From: a virus
Strand: one strand, 5' to 3'
DNA: 17,604 nt
Virus genome (UHGV): UHGV-0097368
Part shown: in pieces, positions 15,873 through 17,604 of the stretch
How the letters are laid out: every line of letters starts with the position of its first letter
How positions within the stretch are numbered: the first letter of the stretch is position 1
Notes under the pieces: generated by a model
What the model saw: only the letters and a program-made list of their open reading frames with translations
What the model was told of the DNA's origin: nothing
Databases searched by the model: none
Program-made: the position numbers and the translations under genes

Positions 15873-16378
15873 AACAAATGTCACTAATTGAGATGGATGG
15901 ATTTCTGAAAGGTAAATGCATCCCACGAGATTTAAAGGTTAACGAAACAAACGCTGAATATCTGGTGCGTAAATTTGCTGAAGCGGAGGCCAAGTGCGCT
16001 GCGCTGGCGGCGGAGAATGCGGGGCTGAAGGGTGCGTTTGATAAGCCTCAAGCATATCTATCCTGGCACGCTATTCCACCAACCTGGGAAGACCCGCTCC
16101 CATGCGGTGAATATCTTGATGTTCATGACGAGGCAGGACACAAAAACTCCGATGGAACTGATTGCTGGCCGGTATATGCCAAGCCAGAAATCGAAACCCC
16201 AGCCACCGACGCTTTCTTGGCTGAAGTACGTGCGCAGGCGTTTAATGACCTTTGCTCGGTGTTCGTTAAGGACGCGACGGTTGCCGGGCTGGACGATGGC
16301 GACATCGTTACGGTGAAAGAAGCGAAGGACGCCCTGCTGCATTGTGCGGAGCAGCTTCGCAAAGGAGGCAACCAGTGA
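15869..16378 (+). CDS. Hypothetical protein (169 aa)
   Basis: ATG at 15869 coupled to the upstream stop; [55 protein letters not shown]...; no family recognised. Confidence 0.6.
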   Translation: MKQMSLIEMDGFLKGKCIPRDLKVNETNAEYLVRKFAEAEAKCAALAAENAGLKGAFDKPQAYLSWHAIPPTWEDPLPCGEYLDVHDEAGHKNSDGTDCWPVYAKPEIETPATDAFLAEVRAQAFNDLCSVFVKDATVAGLDDGDIVTVKEAKDALLHCAEQLRKGGNQ

Positions 16379-17118
16379 GCAAGATTGATTATCAAAAGCT
16401 TCGTGAAATCGCTGAAAAAACAAAAATTGCTGGTGAAGCACCTGTAATGCCTTTCGATCAGCGAATTAATGCGCTTAACGATTTTATGAAGCACTTTTCG
16501 CCAGATATCGCGCTGGCATTGTTGGATGAACGGGAAAGAAACCAGCAATACATCAAATCACGCGACCAGGAGAACGAGGAAATTGCGCTAACGGTAGGGA
16601 AGCTGCGTGTTGAGCTGGAAGCAGCAAATAAGCGCATAGCAGAACTGGAAGCCGAACCTGTAAGCCAAGCTTACAACTTGGCAGAATTAATCGAAGGCAT
16701 GGAAGTTTCCATTGATGTAAGCACTTGTGATGCTGATTTAGGTAATCGCTATTTCGGCACCGTCACCGAGGCGTTAGAACTTGATACTGCCAAGAATGGT
16801 TACATCCTCCTGGTTCAGGACGCAGAGCCAAACTTCGATGTAAATGGCAACTCTCCGGTAACTCCGGATGGTTGGGTTATAGTGCCGAAGAAACTAACCG
16901 CTGAGAACGGCGCTAAGGGTGTGCTATCCGGTGAATTTTCAGAAACGACGTTTATAAGCTGCCCGGAATGCTTTGGCGATGATGATTGCGATACCTGTGA
17001 CGGTAGCGGGCGGATTGAAATTAAAGTACCAGTCACGTGGACGACCATAAAATCCATCTGGGATAAAGGTATTGCGCATTTTGCAGCAAAACCGCCGCAG
17101 GAGGTTAACCGTGGCTAA
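16375..17118 (+). CDS. Ea22-like protein (coiled-coil middle, Cys-rich C-terminal region)
   Basis: GTG start with AGGAGG 6 nt upstream, overlapping the previous stop; LALLDERERNQQYIKSRDQENEEIALTVGKLRVELEAANKRIAELEA resembles lambda Ea22 as I remember it; C-terminal CPECFGDDDCDTCDGSG. Confidence 0.6.
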   Translation: MSKIDYQKLREIAEKTKIAGEAPVMPFDQRINALNDFMKHFSPDIALALLDERERNQQYIKSRDQENEEIALTVGKLRVELEAANKRIAELEAEPVSQAYNLAELIEGMEVSIDVSTCDADLGNRYFGTVTEALELDTAKNGYILLVQDAEPNFDVNGNSPVTPDGWVIVPKKLTAENGAKGVLSGEFSETTFISCPECFGDDDCDTCDGSGRIEIKVPVTWTTIKSIWDKGIAHFAAKPPQEVNRG

Positions 17119-17395
17119 CCTGCAACTTGCCGTCAAAGGTGAATACTTCGATGCCATGATTCGCGGGGAGAAAACGGAAGAGTATCGCTTGTGTAATGAC
17201 TACTGGGAAAAGCGCCTCGTTAACCGTAAGTATGACCGCCTGATTATCACAAAGGGATATCCGAAGCGCGACGACTCCAGCCGCAGAATTGACGTCCCGT
17301 ATGACGGATATGAAATCAAGACAATCACACATCCCCACTTCGGAGATAAACCGGTAAAGGTGTTCGCGATAAAGGTGAATATCGGCAATGAATAA
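17111..17395 (+). CDS. ASCH/PUA-like small protein
   Basis: GTG start with AGGAGG 6 nt upstream; ANLQLAVKGEYFDAMIRGEKTEEYRLCNDYWEKRLVN...YDRLIITKGY resembles ASCH-domain proteins. Confidence 0.5.
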   Translation: MANLQLAVKGEYFDAMIRGEKTEEYRLCNDYWEKRLVNRKYDRLIITKGYPKRDDSSRRIDVPYDGYEIKTITHPHFGDKPVKVFAIKVNIGNE

Positions 17396-17467
17396 CAATC
17401 CTCGCATTCGCGGGGATTTCTTTTATCTAAACTCGCTACGGCGGATTTTGTTTTATGGAGATGATAA

Positions 17468-17604
17468 ATGCACTTCCGAGTCACAGGCGAATGGAATGGA
17501 GAGCCATTCAACAGAGTTATCGAAGCAGAGAACATCAATGACTGCTATGACCACTGGATGATATGGGCGCAGATAGCACATGCAGACGTAACCAATATTC
17601 GAAT
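17468..17604 (+). CDS. Hypothetical protein, 5' part only (ORF runs off the window end)
   Basis: ATG at 17468 with GGAG 7 nt upstream; MHFRVTGEWNGEPFNRVIEAENINDCYDHWMIWAQIAHADVTNIR...; no stop before the window end. Confidence 0.45.
   Translation, partial: MHFRVTGEWNGEPFNRVIEAENINDCYDHWMIWAQIAHADVTNIR

Overview
This window is the lysis / late-regulation / nin / replication / immunity / early-left region of a lambdoid phage or prophage with lambda-type immunity, read opposite to the conventional lambda map. Gene order, left to right: Rz (5' end only), R, S (minus strand); PR' and a short late leader; Q; ninI-H-G-F-E-D-C; a Dam-like N6-adenine methyltransferase; an HNH-AP2 homing endonuclease; ninB; a tR2-like terminator; a fused primase-helicase; an O-like initiator with an internal iteron origin; a cII-like gene; cro; OR; cI-rexA-rexB (plus strand); OL/PL/nutL; N; an AT-rich unknown orf156; a cIII-like gene; a small ORF; erf; ssb; four translationally coupled small genes; an Ea22-like gene; an ASCH-like gene; and a partial ORF. 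Lysis, Q, nin, cro, cI, rex and the operators look lambda-type, while the replication module (O-like plus primase-helicase, not O/P) and the recombination module (Erf plus SSB, not Red exo/bet/gam) do not, so the element is a mosaic. All lambda comparisons are from memory of the lambda sequence, not from an alignment. No tRNA, rRNA, CRISPR array or IS element was seen. The content least explained by known lambda biology is orf156 after N, the small-gene cassette after ssb, the HNH/MTase pair inside the nin region, a single-base change in OR1, and a remodelled N leader.
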